From Octopus sinensis (taxonomy: Eukaryota), in NCBI RefSeq assembly GCF_006345805.1, contig NC_043001.1:74586001-74650000 (forward strand): DNA of 64,000 nt, read 5' to 3'. Within the stretch, counting starts at the first letter, position 1. Every line of letters begins with the position of its first letter. A model generated the notes under the pieces. It searched no databases and was not told the origin of the DNA. It saw only the letters and a list, made by a program, of their open reading frames with translations. Positions 23,023-36,986 of the stretch are shown piece by piece. A program made the position numbers and the translations under genes.

Positions 23023-24862
23023 GTGTCCCTAGATGCAGCCCGGGCGGCTGGGGGTGTTTGTCTCCCCTTCGTAAATGTATATAAGGACACAGGAAAAATG
23101 TGTCAAAGCCATCAGGAGGCGTCGATGCTTCCTAGGGCTAAACAGCGGTGGTGTACCCCCCCCCTACTGTCACGTTCGTGTTAGATTGACAGTATACAAC
23201 CATTCTATCGCCCCACCACCGTACATGTCTCTACGAGAGATTTAGAAATTTAGTATTTCTGAGTTTATAATCATATTCATATAATATAATTATAATTTAT
23301 ATAATATAATTATAATTTATATAATTATAATGTATAATGTATAATCATAATATATAATTATAATTTATATACTATAATTTGGACCTTTTCTGTTTGGATG
23401 CCAAGTTTCATTCTCTTCAATTTCTGTTTGAATTGATTTCGTATTCAGTGTAATGATATACTTTTATATGTTAATCAATGCCATGTAAAATTTTTTCGCA
23501 TAAATCAATAAATAATGAGTTACTACCTATTAAAAATATTCAACTTGTAATGTGCTATTTTGCGAAATTGCTTGGATGCATTTCTGGACTGCGTCTTTGT
23601 GTCTTTGTGCCTTTAAGCAAATCACTTCATTTCCCGTAGCCTCAGTCTACTTAGCTGCAAACGAGTACCAGCCGGATGCTGATGCTGGCTCTCTCCCTCC
23701 AGCACTGACATCGAAAGTCTGACTGCTAGATCAATAATAATGAAGCCGAGAAGGTGTCTACGTCTGTTTACACTTACATAGCTTCTAAATAAAAGGCATG
23801 AGACATTTTGTCATTGCCGTTTTGGCGGTGCTAATTGGGCGTCGCTGATTCAACACTGACGTATTTGACTTCAGTCGTTTTAATGTTTCTCTCATTATCT
23901 CCCCCTCCCCTTTATGAGTGTGTGCGAATATTTCTTTGTATTTGAGAAGGAAAGTGTTTATGTCAATAGTGTTCCATAAACAAATTGTAATATTTCACTC
24001 TCTCTCTCTTTAGTCCTCTGTCACTTTATGTGTATATTTTTGCGCGAGCGTGCATGCGTATTTGCTTCCATGTCTCAAAAATAGGCTGAATGTTCAGTCA
24101 GTCGTGCCAAATCAACTGCGCCCAGACAGCTGCACCGCATTGCCTCATTCTACCTATAGCAATTAGTGAAGGCACGGTACATATTATCCATCCACGAGTG
24201 ACAGTTGGCTGAAGAGTACTGTACTATGATGCTCAACATAAACCATTTTCTGAACTGGCGATTCCGATGGAACGATAGAAAATTACCAGCATCTTTCGCG
24301 AGCAATTCACCCAGTATATAGAGAATCATGTGACTACATTTATTTTAAGTGTGAACGTTGCCGCGCAAGTTCGATTGCTGCTGTTTATGCAAATCAGTAT
24401 GTAAATTCCCACGTGTTTGCACCCGGTACCAGTTTAAAAATAGTAGTATTATATATAGCATGAATAAATTACACACAGATACGCGCGCAAACTCATTATC
24501 GGTTTTAAAGGAGCATAAGTAACTTAAAGGACCAGAGTTTCGTACATTACTCTTAATGCAAGAAACTATTGACCCTCGAATTGCTTATGTAACTTTGTAA
24601 CTGATTCATACACACACACACACAAACAGATATGTGTACGTTTTTGTGCATGAATTTACAATCGTATGTGCATATATAATATTTACACACACACACACAC
24701 ATATATGTAGAGACACACGTGCGCGTGCATGAACACATATATTCACACAAACACAAACGCATGAATACAGACACAGACACGTCTGTATGTGTGTATTTCT
24801 ATACGTGTTCTTGTGTATACGCATACCTATTTGTGTAACATGTGTGTCCCTGTGTGTGAGCA

Positions 24863-24932
<70 letters not shown>

Positions 24933-25333
24933 TCTCTCTCTCTCTTCCTCATTTCTCTTTCACACACACATACACTCATACACACACACATATTAAGTAA
25001 TAAAACGTTTCGGTTCTCCAATAATAGAATACCTACTTAATTAGCTTTGATCTCGTATTGACTTATTATTATTATTATTGTTGTTGTTGTTATTGACGTT
25101 ATCGTCGCCGTTGTTATTGTCGTTGTCGTCGTCTTTGTTGATTGTCCTCATGTGTTGACACGAGACACTCCAGTAGAAAAAGTCTTGTTTTCCCACGAGA
25201 TGTCTCACGTGTTACTATTTTAATCAGGTACGACAGGAAACACGCAGGCATACACACACACATGCGTACATACATAATACATACACACGTACATACACAG
25301 ACACACTCACACACATATACATTCATGCATACC

Positions 25334-25380
<47 letters not shown>

Positions 25381-25689
25381 TATACATACATACGTATATA
25401 CATATATACATATGTATTGTTGGCTGTGGAGTCTATTTGTAGATAAAAGAATTAGCTGTCTTTTGGCTGCTATTTCTAAATTTTCGGTATGTGGTGGAGC
25501 AATTTGTTGCTAAACCCTTAATTATATTTACATATATACATACGCACTCACACACACACACATATTCATGCAAATAAAATTAGGCAAACGATATATACAT
25601 TTATTCAAAATACACTAAGCGTTCTATACAGACCTACCTAACTTACTACCTGTATATATATATATATATACTTACATTTCACGCATGCT

Positions 25690-26350
25690 CACATGTGATC
25701 TTTTATTCTTAGATCACCTCTAGGACTGCAATTGGCGCAGCTTCTATAATCTTTAACTTTTGATGAATGAGGGAGTTTGATGCTGCTGACTGCAGCTGCA
25801 CTTTTTGCAGTGACATTGGTTCGTCAACAGTGTCTGGCTGTAAGTTATCCAGGGACTTTCTGAATACATTTATATCCACCTCGTGGAGATTTTTCAGTTG
25901 TTTTGGCAAGATATTAAAAAAGCTGTGGCTCTTTGAACTCTAGGTTGTTGCAGTATCGAATGTTGATTTGTCGATGAGAAAATTAGGACCCTCGGGACTA
26001 TGCAGTGATGGCCAGTTCGGGAATTGGTATAGTACTCAATATCGAAGTTTGGCATGAGCCCTTCAGGGATCTTCCAAGTATCGGTCATTACATAGCTTGT
26101 CTGTTTTCATTTCAGGGAGTAAAATTTTAATACTTTCAACTTACCCCTGTAACCTAGCTGTTGCTTTGTCGCAATCATTTTTGTGAAGCATCGTTGAAAT
26201 TGTTTTTAGCTCTGCTGTTAGTTTAAGACTGTTTGGTGACCATAATTCTAAGCAGTACTCTAGGCAGCCGAGAAAAAAATGATCTTCACAAACGCAACAT
26301 GCATTCTTGCTCTCTCACACTGAATGATCTCAGGATCGATCACGCCATCA
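25690..26350 (-). mobile_element. CR1/L2-type LINE 3' coding remnant
   Basis: Fragments LKILLP / TWKIPEGLMPNFDIEYYTNSRTGHHC / FRKSLD resemble the post-RT C-terminus of CR1-group LINEs. Confidence 0.6.
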
Positions 26351-26689
26351 TTTTGTACATCTCATTGCTGTCTTGGTAATGTATCCATGAAAATATACAT
26401 CATTAATCATATTTACCCCGGGACATGTACAGGCTGTGACACAAGAATTGCAATTCTTCCACATCCTGTGTATTCTGGCTGCGGGACGTTTGTAAGGTGA
26501 AAAAGAGAAAGGGGTTGAAATTTTCCAACATTAAATTTTCTTCGGGCGGTTCCCCAGCATGGCCGAAGTCGATTAACTGAAACAAATAAAAGATAAAAAA
26601 TATACGTTGCATTATGTTTCTGCGAAAGGTTATATATATATATATATATATAATATATATATATATATTATATATATATATATGTTATG

Positions 26690-26842
26690 TAGAGGGCATT
26701 TCTATACATAAATGCCACACGCTAGGAGGGACTCTTAAGGTCAAAACTACCTAAATGAATAAACAATGTTTATTTATTTTGGTAATTTTGACTTTAAGAG
26801 TCCTTCCTAGCGTGTGGAATTTATGAATAGAAATGCCCTCTA
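26690..26842. repeat. Fold-back with ~75-bp arms next to (TA)n
   Basis: TAGAGGGCATTTCTAT...ATAGAAATGCCCTCTA. Confidence 0.85.
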
Positions 26843-27279
26843 TATAATATAAATAAATATATTTAAGAGAAAAATTGGTGGATTTTTCTCTAATGAGGTT
26901 CTTCACGCTAACTACTTGATAAATTCTTAAGATTTTATCCTATTTTAAAATTATATATATATTAGTATTTGTTATATTTATTGGCATCTAAATATATATT
27001 TATTAGTATCTAAAACTATTCGTTATCCGCTTTTACAAGAAAAAAATTGTCTTTGTGGCATTTTTATCGGAAAAGATCTTAAAATATTACACCGAAAAGG
27101 ATGCAACAGTTCATGTTCCTTTCCTTGCACATATTTTTTTGTGTCATCTGCCACTGCTTGTCGTCTCATGGTAATTCCAAAAATAAAAGTCTGAAGCCTA
27201 TGATGTCATGTAATTTATATTAATTTTACAGAACATTAGAAGAAAGATCTTATGAAAAATAAGTAATATAGTTCCAATC

Positions 27280-28676
<1,397 letters not shown>

Positions 28677-28948
28677 GTATATGTATATATGTATGTATAC
28701 ATGAAGACCATCACACACACACACACACAAAAGTAAAAGGATTAATAAACGCATGCAGGTATCTATAAAGCACTCAGTTTTAAACGAATCTGGTAAACTA
28801 TATCCCACTATCAGATATCAATAAATACCCTACCCAACAGAAATGTATAAAAAAAATGAATGATTATTGACTTGATGTTTATCACAATACATTTCATTTT
28901 CAAAATTTGATAGAATCTAATATTTTTTTCTTTATGAATCCCTGTTTT

Positions 28949-28999
28949 CAAACTGATGACTGTTCTGGTTCAGACACTCCAAGAAACGTTCGGTATTTG
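28949..28999 (+). ncRNA. Type I hammerhead-like motif with irregular stem II
   Basis: CAAA-CUGAUGA-...-GAAAC-guucg-GUA/UUUG; core and stem I intact, extra bases between the stem II hairpin and GAAA. Confidence 0.45.
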
Positions 29000-29667
29000 T
29001 GCGCATTCTCGTTCAATAGCTGTCCGCAATTCGTCAGGTGTTGCTGATTTTGTACGGTAAAGTTATCTTTTAAGTATCCTCATAAAAAAAGACTAGTGGT
29101 ACAAAGCCCTGTGAATTTGGAAGGTATTCTACAGAACTTCTTCGTCTAATTCCTCTGTTAGGCAAAACCTCATCGCAGTAGATCCTTACATTACTAAGGT
29201 TGTGTGGAGGAGGCCTATCATGCTTGAAATAAAATCTACATTTTTAAAGACCTCTTGAATGCTTAACATGACAGATTGTCACTGTAAGTTCAAGCGAATG
29301 GGACTAGTAATCTTAGAAATAGTCCAGCAATCTTAGCGCATGTGTATGCAAGGTGGTGGTCTAAAAAGAATGGAAGTAAATGGAATTAATGAGCTTTGTT
29401 AAGTGTGAAGTTGTGCAGTGTGAAGTTGGAAAAAAAGTTGGTAGCGAAGGTAAAGAGAAGCTTTCTCGCAGAACTATCGACGTCAGTTTTGCATTTTATC
29501 GTTTCGCAATCAGTAAAATATGTACCAGTTGAACACCGGGACCGATGTAATCGATTACACTCTGTACCTAACATTGCTGGCCTAGTGCTAAATTTTGAAG
29601 CCATTATCTTTTTTCAAATATTTCGTGACTTCGGTGGGATATATTTAACTTCCTGTATATATATATA

Positions 29668-29731
<64 letters not shown>

Positions 29732-29732
<1 letters not shown>

Positions 29733-30024
29733 TAAAGACCCCTTCGTTCATGAAGGGCCATTGGATTGCACTCAAAAGTTCCGCTCAGAGGTACAAGTCC
29801 GGGCAAGTCGCCCATGCATACCGGCCTCCCCTCTCCACGGGAAGGCAAAGGCCGATACAGCTTGGCACCAGTGATGTCGCAATTCATTTCTACAGCTGAG
29901 TGAACTGGAGCAATGTGAAATAAAGTGTCTTGCTCAAGAATACAACACAGACCCCGGTCCAGGAATCGAACACACTACCTCATGATTATGAGCCCGACAC
30001 TCTAACTACTGAACCATGCGCATT
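29732..30024 (-). mobile_element. SINE family C
   Basis: Similar to 48755-49090. Confidence 0.85.
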
Positions 30025-30120
30025 CGCACGCACACATACACATACATATTTACATACACACACGCACATGCACATACATATTTACATACACACACGCACA
30101 TATATGCACACATACACAGA

Positions 30121-30508
30121 GTAAAGTTTATTTGCCAAAGTAAGGTGGCTGTCCTACGTAGAACTATGATACCTTTTAAACCCAGGAAAACATCTTTTTC
30201 ATCTGGTTATCGACACACGATCTGTGTTCGATATATCATGAGCAAAGGATCGAACTACTATTCTCTAGCTCGATAACCAGCTGGAAAAGATGTTTTCCTG
30301 TGGTTAAAAGGTAGTAATATAGTTCTGCGTATTACGGCCACCTTACGTTGGCAAATAAACTTTACTGGTCAGTATCGTTACTACTTAAATCTCATTTAGA
30401 GATTTTAAAACTAACTGTTTTGCTCGTGACGAGATCAGCGACTGTCTGTCACTTCTCTGTTTATATATTGCGAGTAAGGTCGAGTGACTGCCATCTCTAG
30501 CCGGCAGT
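30121..30508. mobile_element. Retrozyme-like/pLTR element, left part: inverted segment 30121-30268 then direct segment 30269-30508
   Basis: 30121-30268 is the reverse complement of ~34489-34640; 30269-30428 matches 34534-34703. Confidence 0.8.
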
Positions 30509-31196
30509 AGGAAGATTCTGTGACAGGCTCCTTCATCTCTGGCCCCGGTTTGCTGTCTTACTTGAGATACCATCTGAAGAGCAAGATGGGGTTGGAGAGG
30601 AGGACCCTGCCACCGAGTGAATATGAGAAACGATGGAAGGATGTGATGAGAAAGGAGGGTGTCAGTAACCCAGCTTAATCATTGATGAAAGGAAAAGATA
30701 GTTGCTGGGCCTTATAGGCTGCCGGGTTCGATCTTTTTGAACTTTTATTCGTTTTCTTTCTTTGGGGAATTACAACCGTGTTTCGTGGTCTGCTACCACA
30801 ACAGCTCCTTTATAGGATCCAGTTAGCTCAAAACATCATCAGGAGGAACTACGTCCGGTTTCGGCCCCTACTCCTCTACCGTTTTGACGTGACACCCCAT
30901 CCCTTTCAGAGGTGTCTTCAGCTCTGGTGTTGGGTGCACGTCTTCTTTCTTATTCTTTCTTCTGTTCCCTGGCCTCTTCGATGTATCATCAGCGAGTGTC
31001 AGCCGGTGACTGACTGACTTGTCAAATTTTTCCCTTTAAATACCTGCCGCATAGGCTCCAGCAGGCAGCCCCAGCAAGTTGTCACGTGACACTGTCTCAC
31101 CTTAACTGACTAGTGAAGGCGCGTAGTTTTAACCCGCGCATTTTCTAAACGACCGTCACCTGTCAGTCAGCGAAGCTGATGCAGTGTCAGCTTGTC

Positions 31197-34100
31197 TCAC
31201 CTAATGATGTTATTTCCCCCCGGCATGTTATGACTTTCAAGCCATTTTCGGTCTTCCCGCTTCAGCCATATATAGAAGCTGGCTTTTTCGACCGCCTCCT
31301 GTACTCTCCTTATTAGTTTTCGCAGTTCGGAGCTAGAAAAAACAAATCTTCTTTTGAAAAGCGTTGTCATTTTCCTTTCAATGAAGCCTCTAGCCTCCAC
31401 TGCCAGGTGATAATATTCGACATTCCATCTTTGTTCTCTGCATTCTTCGATTAGTTTTTCGTACCTCTTCTCCTTTCGTTCCTCTGCATTGCCGATGTTC
31501 TCTTCCCAAGGTACTGTCAGTTCTAGTAAAATTCCTATTCTCCAGTCTCTGTTCCATAGGACTAAATCCGGTCTTTTTGTTGTTTTTATTTGTGGAAATA
31601 TTACGTGTCTTTCCAAGTCCGTGGCTACCTCCCCTTTCGTCTATCTCGTATACTTTACTTGTAGGCCTGGTTTTATATCCTTTTCCCTCCTTGTGGAAGT
31701 ATACTTTCCTGCGCTTTTTTACTTTTGGGTACTCTCCCCTATTGTACCTCTCGATCTTCTCCTTGAGTGCTGCGCTTATGACGCCGAGGACTTGATTATT
31801 CCGCCATGTATATCTTTCTAGTGCTAGTCTTCAATTTGACAGAACATGTCTATCCGCCGCTTTCTCTCCGCATCTACACTCATCGGTTGTTTTTATGTTC
31901 CACCGGACTAAGTTCGCCGGTGAGAGTAGACTTGATCAGGAAGGATGTTCTTGCTTGTTCCCAAGCCCAAAGTTCCTTCCATGATATTCTGCGGTTGATC
32001 GCATATTCCTCCCATCTCAGGTACATTTCGCCTTTCTTCTTCCTCCTTTCTCACTTCGTATACCACTGCCTCTTTCATCTCTTTTACACTGCTCTTGCAA
32101 AATGGCCTGAAATTTTGCGACCCTAGGCCGGTTCTTGCTCCTTGCGTCGTTCCGACTATATCTGCGTGCCTTAGTTTTCCGATCGCCCTGTTTACTGCCT
32201 CTTCCGCCTTCCATTTCCTCCCTGTTCGTACCTTTGGAGGGTTTTCCCGGATGCTCTGATATTTTGAATACCTTAGCATCATTACTGTCCTTGCCTTTCC
32301 TGCCTTATATTCTTCGGTGATTGATGTTATTGGTAGTTGCAGCACGGGTTTTCCATATAGTGCAGTTGTATTCAGTGGTTTCGGCAGACCAAGCCATTTT
32401 CTGATAAACACACTGCATCTTTGTTCCATCCTTTCTACTCTACTCGAGGCAATTTCGTGCATTTGCAATGGCCACATTATTCTTGGGTACAGCCCAAATT
32501 GCAGTATCCAACATTTGAATTTTCCCGGCAGCGTTGTTCTGTCAATTGCTTTTAATCCTTGTTCTACTAACTCGTGTGTTTCTTTCCCTTGCTTCTTATC
32601 ATTTAATAAATCTCTATACCATCTGCCGAGACTCTTTACTGGTTGTTCTTTCACCGTTGGTTTGTCTTCACCTCCTATCCTGAATTTCACTTCTTGCCTT
32701 CCTTTCACGAAAGCCACGCTTCGAGATTTTTTGGCTTTGAATTTCATCCTTGCCAATCCTATCAGTTCGTCTAACTGCTCTAACGTTTCCTCTGCTGCTT
32801 TTCTACTTTCCGATAATACAGTTACGTCGTCCATAAAAACCCTTAATGGTGTCTTTGTAACAGCTTTCTCACAGTTTGTAGATCTAAGTAACATTTCCAT
32901 GACTAGCACGAATAAGATGACTGATATCGTGCATCCGCCTGCAATACCTATTTCAAGCCGTTGCCACTCCTGCTGTAAATCTCATCCTCAGGTTGTCATA
33001 GTACGACATGAGCTTTCGTTGAACATCTTTTGGGATCCAAAAGAAGTCTATCGCTGTTTTTATTATTGCGTGCGGAACAGATCCATAAGCATTGGCAAGA
33101 TCTAGCCAAACAATATACAGGTTTTTCTTCATTTGTTTTGCACAGGTGATGGCTTCCCAGATGGCAAATGCGTGTTCTATGCACCCAGGGATTCCGGGGA
33201 TACCTGCTTTTTGGATTGCTTCATTAACGTACCCGTTATGCTGTATGAATCCTATGATTCGTCTAGCAATTATTCCAAACATGAGTTTCCCGTCAGTATT
33301 TAATAGTGAGATTGGTCTAATTTGACCTAGTGTTTTTGCCTCTTTTTCTTTAGGTAGATAGATACCTTCAGCTATACACCATCGTTCCGCTACATCTTTC
33401 TTCTTCCACATTTCTCTTATCAGTGCAAACAGCTACAAACGTAATTTCGGGCAATATTTATATACCTTGTAGCTCACTCCATCGTTCCCTGGTGAACTTT
33501 TTGCTCTTGCTTTTCTTATGAACTCATCCATTTCTTTTCGTTTGATGTCACTCAAATCAAATGGTACTCTTGGCTCAGGTGGTTTCTTCAGTCCGTGCAT
33601 TTCTGGGAGTACTTCATTTCTGTCAGAGTCGCTGTATGTCTCTTTCAGATGTTGTTCGAACTCTTCCTTCGTGCAATCCAATTTTCCGCTTTTACTTTCA
33701 GTAAATAGATGTTTCGCATATTGATAGGGATTGTTCACAAAGCTACGATAGTTTTTTTTCTCTCTCCTTTCTTCTGCTCCTCCTTCTTTGTTTTCTTAGC
33801 AGATCTCGATGCCTCTTTTTTTATCTCTTCATATAGCTGCTTTAGCCCTTCTCTTTCCTCCTCCTTTGCATCCCTCCATCTGGTTCTGAGTTTTTCTTCT
33901 CTTCTCGAATCTTTGCGATCCGTATTTCTCTCCTCGATGGTCCGCTCTTTGCCGTTGATTCTACCTTCCTTGTTGTTTCCAGTCCAAATATTTTCTCTCT
34001 TTCCTGGTAGATTGTATTAGCCAGGTTTTCGAGCTTTTGTTCGTCGTCGCCTTTGAATTTGGTGGTCATTCTTGCTACCTCGTCATCAAATTTTTTATAA

Positions 34101-34235
34101 CTCGCTGCGTCATTTGCTTTCGGCCACTTAATCTTTGTCCTCTTCACGCCTATCAGTCTTTTTCACTGTTCCAGTTCAACTGTGGAATGAACCTCGCTAT
34201 GGTTATTTTCCGGGGGGTTCTGGCCACACGTCTTA
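31197..34235 (-). mobile_element. HERO-clade (R2 group) non-LTR retrotransposon, 5'-truncated and frameshifted; RT plus restriction-like endonuclease
   Basis: IKWPKAN, NPYQYAKHLF..KSGKL, RT motifs IRPISLLNTDGK / WLDLANAYGSVPH / FMDDVT, RYTWRNNQVL, RLE RPDLVLW..LELTVPWEE. Confidence 0.88.
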
Positions 34236-34413
34236 TAGTTTATTCGTTTAAAAAAAATGTTCTAGTTAAAGGTAAAAATTAATCGTTACATAAAATATTT
34301 TTTCAGTAAATTTTTAACATAATGCTCATTCGAACTCATTTAACATTTTTGTATTTGTTTGTCTTGTAAGGTCCTTTTCTATGTACGATCAGTTTGATCA
34401 TAATGAAGATTTT

Positions 34414-34703
34414 ATCTCTAGCCGGCAGTTATCCAGTACCGAGAATGGGAAATAACCCAGAAACCATGGTCTGCTGGTACTGTTAATAGCTAGAGAGGAG
34501 TAGTACGATCCTTTGCTCACAGTATACCAGACACATATCGTGTGTCGATAACCATTTGGGAAAGATGTTTTCCGGAGGTTAATAGGTAGTAACATAATTC
34601 TGCGTAGGACAACCACCTTACGTTGGCAAATATACTTTGCTGTTCAGTATCGTTACATACTTAAATCTCATTTAGAGATTTTAGAACTAACTGTTTTGCT
34701 CGT
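34414..34703 (+). mobile_element. Retrozyme-like/pLTR element, right part
   Basis: Direct repeat of 30269-30428, beginning with a 16-mer also found at 30493-30508. Confidence 0.8.
34433..34477 (+). ncRNA. Type I hammerhead-like motif with CCGAGAA core
   Basis: CCAGUA-CCGAGAA-UGGG aaauaa CCCA-GAAAC-CAUG-GUC/UGCUGG; palindromic stem III ACCAUGGU; stem I extends to CUCUAGC/GCUAGAG. Confidence 0.6.
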
Positions 34704-35289
34704 ATATAGTATATACACACTTTTTGTGTTCAAAAAGTTATTGCGATGCGTTTTGTGAGTCAGCAAAGTGAACTACGTTCTTGTCATCTTCTTGTCATCA
34801 TGGACTTTTCACTACCGGTTACCAGCAATACTAAATGGTAAGTCTTTCCTTGCCAGGGCATAATTTCTACAACAAGCCCCAATCTCGTAGTAACACACTG
34901 TGACAAAGTGGCTTGCGGACTTAGGCTAAACTCATACCAAACTCATTAATGATCTTATCACGGAGACAAACCGACTGGTCTCCTTACCATATCTCTGGAG
35001 TAAGTCCATCAACAGTCTACTTTTTGGTTGCCTTTGATTTGGAGAAGAGTAAAAAAAAAAAAAACTCTGAGATAAGAGTGGCATGATTCCACTGGAAGAC
35101 GCTTTTAAAGCGTCCGTTCATGGAAATATTGCATGACTGGCGTGCGATGTCTCGGTTGCGTGTGGATGATGCGTGGCTGAAGAAGGTTCGAGAGGAATGA
35201 AGAGTCGTATTAGTTGCTTAAGAGTGGACATTATTGCACGTGACGGCAAATAGGTCGTTGATATATAGAAGAAACAAAGACCGTGGGCT

Positions 35290-35495
35290 AGCCGAATCGT
35301 CAGCTCGTCGGACGAAATGCTTAGCTGCATTTCGTCCGTCTTTACGTTCCGAGTTCAAATGCCGCCGAGGTCAACTTTGCTTTTCATCCTTTCGGGTCGA
35401 TAAAATAAGTTGAATACTGAGGTCGATGAAATTTATTAGAACCCCACCCCACCCCACCAGAAAAGATTTCAGGCCTGGTGCCTATAGTAGAAATG
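35290..35495 (+). mobile_element. SINE family B
   Basis: Family B motif. Confidence 0.8.
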
Positions 35496-35691
35496 ATATA
35501 CAGGAGAAAGTGAACGGGGAATAAAATCTAACCCCCAGATATACTAGATTTTATTGAGTATGGGGCAGAAAGAGTTCCGTTGACACATGCTGTGATTGTG
35601 TTTTCTAACAGGAAACTACTGGTTCAAGAGATGGCAAAAGGATTGAACACATAAGCGGGTTGTTTTGATAGACCAATAGGAGAATTGTTGC

Positions 35692-35904
35692 TTTTATCTT
35701 TTATTTGTTTCAGTCATTGTACTGAAGCCATGCTGGAGCAGCTTTGAAAGAGTTTTTAGTCAAATAAATCGACCACAGTTCTTATTTTTTAAGTTTGGTA
35801 CTTATTCTGTTGGTCACTATTAATATACGGGGACGTAAACAAACCAACACCAGTAGTCAAAAGAGGTGGTAGGGGATAAACACAGACACAAAGTCACATA
35901 CTTA

Positions 35905-35999
<95 letters not shown>

Positions 36000-36000
36000 A

Positions 36001-36055
<55 letters not shown>

Positions 36056-36223
36056 TTATCCATCTATTTATACGATAGGGTTCCACACAATTTCTGCTTA
36101 CCGAATTCATTCACAAGGCATTGGTTGGCTCGGTGCTATACCAGAAAACACTCCTCTTCTGCGTGGAACTAACCCAAAACTACATGGTTGCAAAGTGAGC
36201 TACTTAACAACTCAGCTATGCCT
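35692..36223 (-). mobile_element. SINE family A with expanded internal (TATC)n/(TGTC)n
   Basis: Tail 35692-35880 and head 36075-36223 flank the microsatellite. Confidence 0.75.
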
Positions 36224-36951
36224 AGGCCTATATGCTAGACAGTTGAAAGATTTGCTGAATTCTGGTGCCAAATATTTGGGTCCTTCTGTAGAGAAAGCTT
36301 TTATAATTTTTGTTCATATCGTATCCTCTTTGCAGCACAAATCTGCTAAAACTCCCTGAAACTCTCTCCTTTTTCTCTACAAGATTTCACCACCAAGTAC
36401 TACCCATACATACTATGTGTGAAGGCACTTTCAGTTACTTCAAACCAACAAGGTTACCTATTCTGAAATTATCTGTTTAATTGCACCCAAATAGAATTAC
36501 ATAACTAGCCCCTATACTCATCAATCTCTTCAGTTATCTTTGTTTCAATAAGTATCTATTCTGATCTTTAGAAATATGCTACAGCGGTGAGAAAATATTT
36601 TAACCTAAAACATGCTTTACAACTCTAACAGCATGTTAGGTAGTTTCTCTAGTATGTTCTCCAGAAAATGTAAAAGAAGATGGAAAAATGAAAATTTTTG
36701 TATCACGTTTCTTTCCTCGTTTTCTACTCTCTATACTTCCTACTAAACTTCATTTAAAAATCTTTCCTATTTTTTTCCCATCTTGTGGTAAAAGCAATAA
36801 CAAGCATTACTCGGATTATTTTCCCACGTTCAATTGTCATGCTAGTCTTACTTCAAACCAAAACACAAATCAACGAATGAATTACTTGTTTTAGTTTGTC
36901 GTGTTGATAATAATTAGTAGTCTTCTCACGTGTTCGAACTTGTTGTTTCAG

Positions 36952-36986
36952 TTGGACAACGGAGCTCACCAGAGTTGACACGTGAG
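36952..36986 (+). other. Possible 35-nt 5'UTR exon
   Basis: TTGTTGTTTCAG/ ... GAG/GTATTC, followed by an 86-nt intron ending at the 37072 acceptor. Confidence 0.3.

Larger units (their letters stand above)
22567..23272. mobile_element. Fold-back retrozyme-like/pLTR element: ~178-bp inverted arms (22567-22744 / 23021-23201), HHR and 22-bp tandem array
   Basis: Arms almost identical; 22867-22901 recurs in inverted orientation at 23228-23262. Confidence 0.85.

Noticed and set aside
32317-33105. 262-aa + strand ORF and neighbouring + strand ORFs
   Set aside because: Antisense shadows of the HERO RT frame.
34615-34660. Opposite-strand hammerhead in the 34.4-kb monomer (CUGAACA-GCAAA guaua UUUGC-CAACGUA)
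   Set aside because: Both copies lack G8 and GAAA, and stem I does not pair; only the hairpin is real.
34730-35040. Mariner-like terminus GTGTTCAAAAAGTT
   Set aside because: No partner TIR or transposase motif found nearby.
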